UHGV virus genome: UHGV-0206901
Source: a virus
Strand: one strand, 5' to 3'
Length of the DNA: 26,230 nt
Every line of letters begins with the position of its first letter. The first letter of the stretch is position 1. Under the pieces are notes generated by a model, which made no database searches, had not been told where the DNA came from, and worked only from the letters and a program-made list of their open reading frames with translations. The position numbers and the translations under genes are program-made. This document shows, piece by piece, positions 7,285-15,352 of this stretch.

Positions 7285-9487
7285 GAAACACTTGACCCTC
7301 GGCAGCCTGTTTGACGGCTCGGGGGGGTTTCCGCTTGGCGGCATCCTCGCAGGGATCGAGCCGAAGTGGAGCAGCGAAATTGAACCTTTTCCGGTGCTTG
7401 TCACGCACAAGCGACTGCCTGGGGTGAAGCACTACGGCGATGTATCCACACTGAACGGTGCAGAGCTTCCGCCGGTGGATATTATCACCTTCGGCAGCCC
7501 TTGTCAGGATCTGTCCATTGCTGGAAAGCGTGCCGGAATCCATGACGGTGATCGGTCGAACCTGTTCTTTCAGGCGATCCGTATCATCAAAGAAATGAGG
7601 GATGCAACAAATGGACAATACCCGCGATACTGCGTCTGGGAGAATGTCCCCGGCGCTTTCTCCTCCCACGGAGGAGACGATTTCAAAGCTGTCCTCGAAG
7701 CAGTTATCGGAATTAAAGAAGAAGGGATCGAGGTGCCTGCGCCTGAAAATCACAGATGGGCAAAATCAGACGTATATCTGGGAGACGGATGGAGCGTGGC
7801 TTACCGAGTTTTCGATGCTCAATACTGGGGTGTCCCCCAACGCAGAGCAAGAATCTACCTTGTCGCAGATTTTGCTGGCGGAAGTGCCGGAGAAATACTA
7901 TTTAAGTCCGAAGGCGTGTCTGGGTATACTCCGCAGGGCTTCCGTTCGTGGCAAGGAACTGCCGGAGGTGCTGAAGAAAGCACTGGAGCGACAGGCTGGC
8001 GGTCTGACGCTGGAGGTGGAACCCTCTGCGTAAACTGTCAGGGCACGGCAGGTGTCGGTATCACAGAAGATAAGGCACTGGCACTTGTCGCACAGGATCA
8101 CGGGAATCATCCAGCCGTTCTTGCCGCAGGTTTTTCCACAGAGCATAGTGCAAAAGCACGAAGCATCGGCTACGAAGAGGAAGTATCTCCTACACTGAGA
8201 GCTGGTGTTGTTCCGGCGGCAATGGAGCTTCAAAGCTATCCCGTTGAAAATCATCCTGCGGATTCGAGAGTCAGGGTGCGTGAGGACGGAAAGTGTCAGG
8301 GGCTTACAGGCAGAATGGGAACAGGCGGCGGAAACGTACCGCTTGTAGCAGAACCGATTACGCTAAAAATCCGCAGTGGTGGCGGAAATGGTGGTAAGGG
8401 CGCTATCTGGCAAACAGATAAATCCGCAACTCTTGCAACCAATAATGACCAGACGCTTTTTCAGCCGGAGGTCAAGGCTTTCGGTGTATGCAGCAAGCAC
8501 TCCAATGCGATGATGTCCGACAATCCGCACAGCGGATTCTATGAGGCGACCACAAGCAGAACGCTCGACCAAAGTGGTGGAAATTCTGTGACATCGAATC
8601 AGGGCGGCATCTGCGTGGTAGCACCTGCGCCTGAAACCTTCGATGTGCGTTTCACATCAGACGGTACAAAAAACGCTCGTGGGCATTGTTACCCGACAGA
8701 CATTTCCCGATGCCTTGATACGAGCGAGGCGAACCCGGACAGCAATCACGGAGGAGTTGCGGTGGTGGCTCTCGAACCGGGGGCGGCATCCCGTATCGGC
8801 GGTCATGTATACAGTGACGGCAAAAGCGGCACGCTCCGTGCAAATGCCGGAGACAATCAGCAGGCTGTTGTGGTAGCCGAGAAGGAGACCTATGCACTGC
8901 AAGGCTCGATGATCGGTCGCGCCGATCAGAACGGACCGCAGGGTGATGGTATCAATGAAGATGTGTGCTTTACGCTGAACACAACAGACAGGCATGCTGT
9001 CGCAGCACCGGATGCCGATCACTACAGCACAAGCAAGAATTCTCACCACACAGTCGCCGCACATGAACAGGCAAACACGCTGGTCGCATCCGACTGGAAG
9101 GATCCTCCGCTTGTGAACGACCTTCCGAATGACGAGCCGGTATATATCGTTCGTCGTCTGACTCCGGTGGAGTGCGCCAGATTGCAGGGATTCCCCGACT
9201 GGTGGTGTGCCGACCTTGCGATTCCCGATCCGACCGATGAGGAGATCACCTTCTGGATGGAAGTATGGGAAACTTGGAGACAGATCACAAATCCCAAGGG
9301 AAAGCCGAAAACGGAAAAGCAGATCCGCAAATGGTTGGCTGATCCGTACACGGACAGTGCCGAGTACAAGTTATGGGGCAACGGTGTCTCAGAGCCCGTT
9401 GTGTTCTTCGTGCTATCCGGCATTGCCTGGGCGGCACAGAATTCTGAAACTAATGCAGCAAATTGTGAACATTCTGATACTATGTAA
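7274..9487 (+). CDS. DNA cytosine-5 methyltransferase with an exceptionally long variable (target-recognition) region, possibly multispecific
   Basis: ATG at 7274 preceded by AAGGAGG (7264-7270); motif I LFDGSGG, motif IV GSPCQDLS, motif VI ENVPG, motif VIII QRRARIYLV, C-terminal RRLTPVECARLQGFPDWW; about 480 aa lie between motifs VIII and IX. Confidence 0.9.
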   Translation: MMDKKHLTLGSLFDGSGGFPLGGILAGIEPKWSSEIEPFPVLVTHKRLPGVKHYGDVSTLNGAELPPVDIITFGSPCQDLSIAGKRAGIHDGDRSNLFFQAIRIIKEMRDATNGQYPRYCVWENVPGAFSSHGGDDFKAVLEAVIGIKEEGIEVPAPENHRWAKSDVYLGDGWSVAYRVFDAQYWGVPQRRARIYLVADFAGGSAGEILFKSEGVSGYTPQGFRSWQGTAGGAEESTGATGWRSDAGGGTLCVNCQGTAGVGITEDKALALVAQDHGNHPAVLAAGFSTEHSAKARSIGYEEEVSPTLRAGVVPAAMELQSYPVENHPADSRVRVREDGKCQGLTGRMGTGGGNVPLVAEPITLKIRSGGGNGGKGAIWQTDKSATLATNNDQTLFQPEVKAFGVCSKHSNAMMSDNPHSGFYEATTSRTLDQSGGNSVTSNQGGICVVAPAPETFDVRFTSDGTKNARGHCYPTDISRCLDTSEANPDSNHGGVAVVALEPGAASRIGGHVYSDGKSGTLRANAGDNQQAVVVAEKETYALQGSMIGRADQNGPQGDGINEDVCFTLNTTDRHAVAAPDADHYSTSKNSHHTVAAHEQANTLVASDWKDPPLVNDLPNDEPVYIVRRLTPVECARLQGFPDWWCADLAIPDPTDEEITFWMEVWETWRQITNPKGKPKTEKQIRKWLADPYTDSAEYKLWGNGVSEPVVFFVLSGIAWAAQNSETNAANCEHSDTM

Positions 9488-9526
9488 GCTGTTCTGTATG
9501 GGCTTTCCGTGATATGCACAATCTCA

Positions 9527-9542
9527 GGGGCGTAAAAGCCCC
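9527..9542 (+). terminator. GC hairpin downstream of the C5-methyltransferase gene (possible operon terminator)
   Basis: GGGGC gtaaaa GCCCC stem-loop about 40 nt after the stop; the downstream T-tract is weak. Confidence 0.35.
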
Positions 9543-9564
9543 GTACATTCTACGATTTACAGTC

Positions 9565-9593
9565 TTGATATATCCGCCGTAATGGCGTAATAT
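9565..9593 (+). promoter_or_regulatory. Sigma-A-type promoter cassette 1 (TTGATA, 17 bp, TAATAT) with conserved leader
   Basis: -35 TTGATA at 9565-9570, 17-bp spacer, -10 TAATAT at 9588-9593; leader GTGACTACCGTAAGGGAAAACCGAGCGGAATCAAAAACGAAACGGAGGA precedes the ATG at 9650. Confidence 0.6.
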
Positions 9594-9649
9594 GTGACTA
9601 CCGTAAGGGAAAACCGAGCGGAATCAAAAACGAAACGGAGGATTCACAT

Positions 9650-10771
9650 ATGAAAACTTATGCAATGATCATTGGAAACCGCAAGGAACTCACAAAGAGA
9701 ATCGAGGCACTCACCGGAGAGCGCAGCGTATACACCTTCATGCCGAGATGCGCCTATGAGATCGGGGCATTCGCAGTCGAGAAGGACGGCACACTTACGG
9801 CACAGGACGATGCCAACCAGAGCGTGATCGACACCCTGAGAGCCGAGGGTATGATCGGTGATGAGATCATCGCAGAGAGCATCGAGGCAGTCGAGCCGGA
9901 GCAGACCGATGAGACCGCAGAGCCGGAACAGCCTGCACCGCCCGTAAGCACCGATGAATGGGACGATGATGAGGATGACGACGATGAGAACAGCGTCGAG
10001 GGCGAGAATGCGGAAGCGGAAGAGCCGGAGGAGTCCGAAGAAAATGCCGATAAGTCGGAGCCTGCCGCAGAGCCAGAAGCCGCACCTCCTGCGACCGAGG
10101 ATGCCTGGGATGATGAACCGGAGGATGAACCCGGCGACGAGCCGGAAGAAACCACCGAGCTTCCTGAACCGCTGACCGCAGAGATCAGCTTCCCGCTGAG
10201 CCATCACACGGTGCAGAGCCTTACGAACCTCATCTGCATGATCCACTCCCGCGGCGCACTTCTCAGCAAGGCGACCGGCGGAGAATTCTTCGCAGACAAG
10301 AGCCTCGCCGATGCGATCCTCGATGACAAGACCTTCCGCAGCATCCACGAGCTTATCGCCTACATCAGAGTATGGGAGGAAACGAATCCCGAACTGAAGG
10401 GCATCCGTTTCGCCGATGACAAGCTGATCTTTGACGGCTTCGGTGCAGCACAGGATGCCGAGACGGTGCAGACCTTCACCAAGCTCGCCGCAGCCATGAA
10501 CAGGATGGCGATCACGCAGAAACGTGTGCAAGCAAAGGATGTCGATGACAGCAACGAAAAGTACGCACTCCGCATCTGGCTGATCCGCCTTGGGCTGAAC
10601 GGTGCTGACTTCAAGGCTGACCGCAAGCGCCTCATGACTCCGCTTTCCGGACACACCGCATTCCGCAACGATGAGGAGCGTGAACGCTGGGAGGCAAAGC
10701 AAAAGGCAAAGCGTGATGCTGCCAGAACCGAACTGACCGAGGAGGATGAAAACGATGCAGTTTCCGAATGA
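9650..10771 (+). CDS. Amidoligase-like paralog, probably catalytically degenerate, with a ~95-aa acidic low-complexity insertion
   Basis: 373 aa; the C-terminal half aligns by eye with the downstream amidoligase-like ORF (TVQSLTNL vs TPQTLRNL; KYALRIWLIRLGLNGADF vs KFAMRTWLMRMGFIGDEF); the GVEIE and HCH motifs of the paralog are absent; residues ~80-172 are D/E/P-rich. Confidence 0.55.
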   Translation: MKTYAMIIGNRKELTKRIEALTGERSVYTFMPRCAYEIGAFAVEKDGTLTAQDDANQSVIDTLRAEGMIGDEIIAESIEAVEPEQTDETAEPEQPAPPVSTDEWDDDEDDDDENSVEGENAEAEEPEESEENADKSEPAAEPEAAPPATEDAWDDEPEDEPGDEPEETTELPEPLTAEISFPLSHHTVQSLTNLICMIHSRGALLSKATGGEFFADKSLADAILDDKTFRSIHELIAYIRVWEETNPELKGIRFADDKLIFDGFGAAQDAETVQTFTKLAAAMNRMAITQKRVQAKDVDDSNEKYALRIWLIRLGLNGADFKADRKRLMTPLSGHTAFRNDEERERWEAKQKAKRDAARTELTEEDENDAVSE

Positions 10772-11003
10772 ACGACAGCTCAAAGCCTTGCGGGAGCGTT
10801 ATCCCGAAGGCACCCTTATCCGACTGAAGCACATGGACGATCCCTACGCACCAGTGCCGCCCGGAACAATTGGCGAGGTTCAGATGGTCGATGACGGCGG
10901 CAACATACACATGGTCTGGCAGAACGGCAGAACGCTTTCTCTTATAGAAGGCGTGGATGATTTCCAGGTCATTTCTGACCGCAATGGGGGCCCCGGAAAA
11001 TAA
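10755..11003 (+). CDS. Small hypothetical protein
   Basis: ATG at 10755 is 8 nt after GGAGGA and overlaps the upstream gene end; 82 aa, glycine-rich beta-like sequence (GTIGEVQMVDDGGNIHMVWQNG). Confidence 0.5.
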   Translation: MQFPNERQLKALRERYPEGTLIRLKHMDDPYAPVPPGTIGEVQMVDDGGNIHMVWQNGRTLSLIEGVDDFQVISDRNGGPGK

Positions 11004-11116
11004 GAGATCCTATTCCATTGTATCCGAGTATACCATAGAATTTCAAGTATATCAAGTGTACACATACACCAGATATGAGCAATGTATTTTCCTCGATATT
11101 CTGTGGTTTTAGCGGC

Positions 11117-11145
11117 TTGCTATATCCTCCGAAAGACGGTAACAT
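11117..11145 (+). promoter_or_regulatory. Sigma-A-type promoter cassette 2 (TTGCTA, 17 bp, TAACAT) with conserved leader
   Basis: -35 at 11117-11122, -10 at 11140-11145; leader GTGACACAACGGAAGGGCAAATGCCCACCGAAAAACCGAATCGGAGGA; ATG at 11201. Confidence 0.6.
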
Positions 11146-11200
11146 GTGACACAACGGAAGGGCAAATGCCCACCGAAAAACCGAATCGGAGGATACCAAA

Positions 11201-12145
11201 ATGACTGAGAAAACCGCACAGCAGATCAACAGAATGAAGGAGCAGACCATCGGGGTTGAGATCGAGATGAACAACATCACCCGCAAGGCTGCCGCAAAGC
11301 TCGCCGCTGACTTCTTCGGCACGAACCGCTACGAGGACACGGCCTGCCGCAACGGCTACTACACTTGGAGCGCATGGGATGCACAGGGGCGCGAGTGGAA
11401 ATTCCAGCGGGACGTGAGCATCGCAGGCTCCGACAGCGAAAAGTGCGAACTGGTCACACCGATCCTGCACTACGCAGACATCGAAACCCTGCAGGAGCTT
11501 GTGAGAAAGCTCAGGAAGGCAGGAGCGCGCAGTGATTACACGCGGGGATGTGGAGTCCACTGCCATATTGGAGCCCAGGGACACACACCGCAGACCTTGA
11601 GAAACCTCGCAAACCTGATGGCAAGCCACGAAACCCTGATCGCCGAGGCAATCAGAGTAGACCAGAGCAGAATGCGCCGCTACTGCAGAACAGTTGACCC
11701 GAGATTCCTTGAACAGCTCAACCGCAAAAAGCCCACCACGATGGCACAGCTTGCGGACATCTGGTACGGCGCACAGGGCTGCGAATACGGCAGAACCCAC
11801 CACTACAACGACAGCCGCTATCACATGCTCAACCTCCACGCTACCTTCACCAAAGGCACGGTCGAGTTCAGACTTTTCCAGTTCGCACCGCCCTCAAACG
11901 GCAAGCAGAACGGGCTCCACGCAGGCAAGCTCAAGAGCTACATTCAGCTCTGCCTCGCAATGAGCCAGATGGCAAAGGACCTGCGGAGCGCCAGCCCCAA
12001 GGAGCAGCAGAAGGAAAACAAAAAGTTCGCCATGCGGACTTGGCTGATGAGAATGGGATTCATCGGGGATGAATTCGCAACGGCGAGAGAGGTCCTCACT
12101 GAGAACCTTACGGGCGACAACAGCTTCCGCTTCGGCAGATCTTAA
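11201..12145 (+). CDS. Putative amidoligase (glutamine-synthetase-like / gamma-glutamyl-cysteine-ligase-like ATP-dependent amide ligase family)
   Basis: 314 aa; N-terminal IGVEIEMNN strand with paired glutamates and a central GCGVHCHIG motif, both typical of Amidoligase_2-type enzymes as I recall them; own promoter cassette; followed by an AIG2-like gene. Confidence 0.65.
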   Translation: MTEKTAQQINRMKEQTIGVEIEMNNITRKAAAKLAADFFGTNRYEDTACRNGYYTWSAWDAQGREWKFQRDVSIAGSDSEKCELVTPILHYADIETLQELVRKLRKAGARSDYTRGCGVHCHIGAQGHTPQTLRNLANLMASHETLIAEAIRVDQSRMRRYCRTVDPRFLEQLNRKKPTTMAQLADIWYGAQGCEYGRTHHYNDSRYHMLNLHATFTKGTVEFRLFQFAPPSNGKQNGLHAGKLKSYIQLCLAMSQMAKDLRSASPKEQQKENKKFAMRTWLMRMGFIGDEFATAREVLTENLTGDNSFRFGRS

Positions 12146-12410
12146 AGGCCTGCCCTTCGGGGCGGAAGAACAAGCGGAACGGCACGGCGGCGCACACAGC
12201 CGCCACGGTCTCGGCTCTCGCCTCGGTCGGTGCTTCTGCTTCGCAGAGGTTGCCACTGGCAACCCGCACCCCCGTGTGGGGCGGAAAGGGTATCCTCCGA
12301 ATCGGTATCCCATCTCAGTCAACCGCGCCACACAGCGCAAATGTAGGCAAGGCATAAAATGCACAACATACGGCACAGAATCGCCCTCGATGATCTGTTC
12401 ATTTACTCGC

Positions 12411-12439
12411 TTGATAATGCCGCCGAAATGAGTTAACAT
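12411..12439 (+). promoter_or_regulatory. Sigma-A-type promoter cassette 3 (TTGATA, 17 bp, TAACAT)
   Basis: -35 at 12411-12416, -10 at 12434-12439; leader AGCACTACCGCAAGGAAAAAACGCAAAGGAG; ATG at 12479. Confidence 0.55.
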
Positions 12440-12478
12440 AGCACTACCGCAAGGAAAAAACGCAAAGGAGAACATAGC

Positions 12479-12940
12479 ATGAACAAGAAAAAATACTACA
12501 TAGCCTACGGCAGCAACCTCAACATCCGCCAGATGCGATTCCGCTGCCCAGGCGCAAAGCCTATCGGCATCACGGTGATTCCCGACTACGAACTGCTCTA
12601 CAAGGGCAGCAAGACCGGCGCGTACCTGACCATAGAACCGAAGAAGAACGGCATCGTTCCGATTGCGGTATGGGAGGTCACCGCAGCAGACGAGAAGCGG
12701 CTGGATGCCTACGAGGGCTGCCCGACCTTCTACTACAAGAAGAACGTCTGCCTGCCGGTGAAGCTGGCAAGCGGCAAGACCAAGCGCCTGACAGCATTCG
12801 TCTACATCATGCACGAGGAGCGCAGCCTCGGAATTCCGTCGCTTGCCTACATCCGCACCTGCGAGGAAGGCTATCGCAACTTCGGATTTGATTTGAAGTA
12901 CCTTGACAGGGCATACATGAGAAGCACAAAGGAGGACTGA
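12479..12940 (+). CDS. AIG2 / gamma-glutamyl cyclotransferase (GGCT)-like protein
   Basis: 153 aa; N-terminal YIAYGSNLN matches the Y-x-A-Y-G-S-N-L/M hallmark of the GGCT/AIG2 fold; a candidate catalytic Glu lies in LDAYEGCP. Confidence 0.7.
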   Translation: MNKKKYYIAYGSNLNIRQMRFRCPGAKPIGITVIPDYELLYKGSKTGAYLTIEPKKNGIVPIAVWEVTAADEKRLDAYEGCPTFYYKKNVCLPVKLASGKTKRLTAFVYIMHEERSLGIPSLAYIRTCEEGYRNFGFDLKYLDRAYMRSTKED

Positions 12941-12942
12941 AA

Positions 12943-13146
12943 ATGAAAGAACAAGTTTTTGAAAAGCGTACATGTCCGAAATGCGGACGCACCTACACCG
13001 AGCGCCCTGCCCTATCCCGCTACGACAACGACACGATCATCTGCCCGGACTGCGGCACGAGGGAGGCGCTTGAAAGCATCGGCGTCGGACGCGAGGAACA
13101 GGACAAGATTCTCGGCATTATCCACGAGAAGTACAACGGCGAATAA
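12943..13146 (+). CDS. Small zinc-ribbon protein
   Basis: 67 aa; GGAGG RBS; CPKCG...CPDCG cysteine pairs; the ATG is 2 nt after the upstream stop. Confidence 0.55.
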   Translation: MKEQVFEKRTCPKCGRTYTERPALSRYDNDTIICPDCGTREALESIGVGREEQDKILGIIHEKYNGE

Positions 13147-13154
13147 GGCGGCAC

Positions 13155-13178
13155 AAAGGGGCGTTACAGCCCCTTTCC
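13155..13178 (+). terminator. Putative intrinsic terminator
   Basis: AAAGGGGC gttaca GCCCCTTT hairpin followed by TCC; 8 nt after the stop of the zinc-ribbon gene. Confidence 0.5.
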
Positions 13179-13317
13179 GCATTCTCAGGGATAACTTATC
13201 CCCCACTTTCCGGGCGTGACACGGCGCGTTCTGGCGCAAACTGTGGGCTTGTGTATATGTACCTGTTCAGCTTGCTGAAAACGGCGATTCTTCTACGATT
13301 TATTTTGCACATAGGCG

Positions 13318-13346
13318 TGGACATATCGCCGGGATCATGGTAATAT
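13318..13346 (+). promoter_or_regulatory. Sigma-A-type promoter cassette 4 (TGGACA, 17 bp, TAATAT) with upstream A/T-rich element
   Basis: TTTATTTTGCACATAGGCG upstream; -35 at 13318-13323; TG-extended -10 at 13341-13346; leader CACAACGGCAGGGGCAGACAGCCCACC. Confidence 0.6.
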
Positions 13347-13404
13347 GCTACACAACGGCAGGGGCAGACAGCCCACCGGAATTCATAACATGGAGGATAC
13401 GAAT

Positions 13405-13875
13405 ATGAACGACAGCTACTTTGAGGAGATGACCTTCCAGTGCGCCGCCTATGAACGCGCCAAAAAGGAGCGCGCCGAGCGCAAGGCTCAGATTGCCGAA
13501 GCCCACGGCTACGACAGCCCGGAGATGGACGCTTGGTACGCTGAGGAGAAGGCGGCGGGTCCTTACCCCTACAGCGGCGGTGAGATGAAAGCCTACTGGG
13601 TGTACAAGATGCGCCGCGAGAACGACGGTGACGAGTTCGAGATGAGCGATTACTGCTGGGACAAGGAATTCCACGATTTCATCGAAACGCTCCGCAAGCT
13701 AGGCATCACCGAGTTCACGATCACCAATCAGAGCACGGCGCTGATGGAGAACATCTACGGATTTATTGCAGAAGGCTGCACGATGGTCGGAACGCACACC
13801 ATCACCAAGAAGAGCCTGCGCTGGGGCGAGGAAGAATACGAAACGGCACAGGGCATCCTTTTCAAGGTGAACTGA
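13405..13875 (+). CDS. Hypothetical protein
   Basis: ATG at 13405 is 8 nt after GGAGGA, the same position as in the other cassettes; 156 aa; no recognisable motif. Confidence 0.55.
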   Translation: MNDSYFEEMTFQCAAYERAKKERAERKAQIAEAHGYDSPEMDAWYAEEKAAGPYPYSGGEMKAYWVYKMRRENDGDEFEMSDYCWDKEFHDFIETLRKLGITEFTITNQSTALMENIYGFIAEGCTMVGTHTITKKSLRWGEEEYETAQGILFKVN

Positions 13876-13883
13876 TATCGACA

Positions 13884-13920
13884 GGAGCAGGGCTTCGGCT
13901 CTGCTCCCCCTCCCCCTTTT
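13884..13920 (+). terminator. UUCG-tetraloop hairpin, putative terminator
   Basis: GGAGCAGGGC ttcg GCTCTGCTCC (10 bp with one G-U pair) followed by CCCCTCCCCCTTTT; the same hairpin recurs at 15715-15738. Confidence 0.45.
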
Positions 13921-13993
13921 CCTCATGTGTAAATCCTACAATACGAAAGGCTGAGATCGGCGATTCTTCTACGTTTTATTTTGCACATAGGCG

Positions 13994-14022
13994 TGGACTT
14001 ATCAGCAGGATCATGGTAATAT
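13994..14022 (+). promoter_or_regulatory. Sigma-A-type promoter cassette 5 (TGGACT, 17 bp, TAATAT)
   Basis: Near-identical to cassette 4, including the upstream TTTATTTTGCACATAGGCG; leader GTGACACAACGGAAGGGCAGAACGCCTACCGAAAAACGAAACGGAGGA. Confidence 0.6.
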
Positions 14023-14077
14023 GTGACACAACGGAAGGGCAGAACGCCTACCGAAAAACGAAACGGAGGATAACACC

Positions 14078-14398
14078 ATGAACCCCTACACACTGAGAAA
14101 GAGCCTGAACCTGATTGATGCCAACACGGCGATCATCCGCGAGGACTTCGAGAGCCTCTTCTGCAAGACTGCAGAGCGTGTCACCTTTACCTTCAACGGT
14201 TGGGACGGCAAGAGCTATGATGGCGAGAGGCGCAGCGGTTACGTTTACCGCACCATCATCGAGGGCTACGAGAATGTGAGATTCTTTAAGGTCGGCAAGG
14301 GACTGCATTACATCGATGAGGACAGCAGCATTACCGAGAAGGCTACGGGCATCGCCCACAAGGAAGCAGAGTGGCTGGTCGATGTGAAGAGAGCATAA
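14078..14398 (+). CDS. Hypothetical protein
   Basis: 106 aa; GGAGGA 7 nt upstream of the ATG. Confidence 0.55.
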   Translation: MNPYTLRKSLNLIDANTAIIREDFESLFCKTAERVTFTFNGWDGKSYDGERRSGYVYRTIIEGYENVRFFKVGKGLHYIDEDSSITEKATGIAHKEAEWLVDVKRA

Positions 14399-14463
14399 GC
14401 AAAACAGCGGAGCCCTTCCTGCGGGGAGGGCTTACCGCAGAAAAAACATGGAGGTTTACGAAC

Positions 14464-14847
14464 ATGAGTACGAATTCAAGAGTCGGAATCCTGCATCAGG
14501 ACGGCGCCACGGAGACAATCTACTGCCATTGGGACGGCTACCCCGAACACCAGATGCCCATCCTCACCGAGCATTATAACACCGCCGAGAAGGTCAAGGC
14601 ACTGCTTGCCCTTGGAGACATCAGCATCCTCGGCGAGCGCCTTGCTCCCGATGCGGATGAGCCGCACAGCTTTGAAAAGCCTGCCGATGGTGTGACGGTT
14701 GCTTACCACCGCGACCGCAAAGAGCCGATGCAGCCTGCGGTCACCCACAAGAGCGTTGTTTCCCTGATGAGCGATGACTGGGGCATTCCGTATTACTACC
14801 TTTTCGATGAGGAAAAAGGAGCATGGCTTCCGCCGACCGAGGACTGA
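14464..14847 (+). CDS. Hypothetical protein
   Basis: Internal ATG at 14464 is 9 nt after GGAGG; 127 aa; probably co-transcribed with the preceding gene (no promoter cassette in between, only a hairpin). Confidence 0.5.
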   Translation: MSTNSRVGILHQDGATETIYCHWDGYPEHQMPILTEHYNTAEKVKALLALGDISILGERLAPDADEPHSFEKPADGVTVAYHRDRKEPMQPAVTHKSVVSLMSDDWGIPYYYLFDEEKGAWLPPTED

Positions 14848-15276
14848 TAGGTTCAGCCCTGCGGGGCTGACTTGCCCCACGTTGTCCTTTGTGAGGTTTT
14901 CCTGCGATAAGCTTGCCCCTGCGGAAAGCCGCCTCACACGGCGCGTTTGTGTGCTGACCGCAGTCATCGCAAACCTGTCGGCCACGGGAACATGGACGGA
15001 GCGAGAAGTGATGGAAACGCTGCTGGATGTCTTTGAACCGAAGGAGCTTGAACAGCTCGGCTACGGCGACTGCGTGAACGCATACTTGGAAGAGTACGGC
15101 GGATGGCGACGACACACGCACCACGTTGCCTCGTGTGGGGCGGTGCCGGGGAGATGCGTACAGCTTGCCCCTGCGAAAAGCCGCCTTACACGGCGCGTTC
15201 TGGCGCGTCCTATACGATGTACAATTCCGCCCGACTTCCCGCCTCATGTTTGTCACATTTATTTTGCAGACAGACG

Positions 15277-15305
15277 TGGACTTTTCTGCGAAAAGACGGT
15301 AATAT
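15277..15305 (+). promoter_or_regulatory. Sigma-A-type promoter cassette 6 (TGGACT, 17 bp, TAATAT)
   Basis: Upstream TTTATTTTGCAGACAGACG; leader GTGACTACCGCAAGAGAAGCGGAATCAATCAAAAGGAG; ATG at 15353. Confidence 0.6.
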
Positions 15306-15352
15306 GTGACTACCGCAAGAGAAGCGGAATCAATCAAAAGGAGCGAATCTAC

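Noticed and set aside
9644-10783. 379-aa ORF on the minus strand
   Set aside because: Exactly antisense to the well-supported + strand gene 9650-10771; no ribosome-binding site; its low-complexity sequence mirrors the acidic linker; a typical spurious antisense frame in GC-rich DNA.
12270-12330. Possible tRNA-like sequence (GGTATCC...TCCGAATCGG...)
   Set aside because: No acceptor stem or anticodon arm could be assembled; no canonical T-loop GTTCRANYC; it is part of the intergenic repeat family.
12069-12431. 120-aa + strand ORF across the amidoligase 3-prime end and the intergenic region
   Set aside because: Runs through hairpins, repeats and the -35 region of promoter cassette 3; no ribosome-binding site.
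11894-12973. 359-aa ORF on the minus strand
   Set aside because: Spans the amidoligase 3-prime end, a repeat-rich intergenic region and the AIG2-like gene in antisense; it crosses promoter and terminator elements that belong to the + strand.
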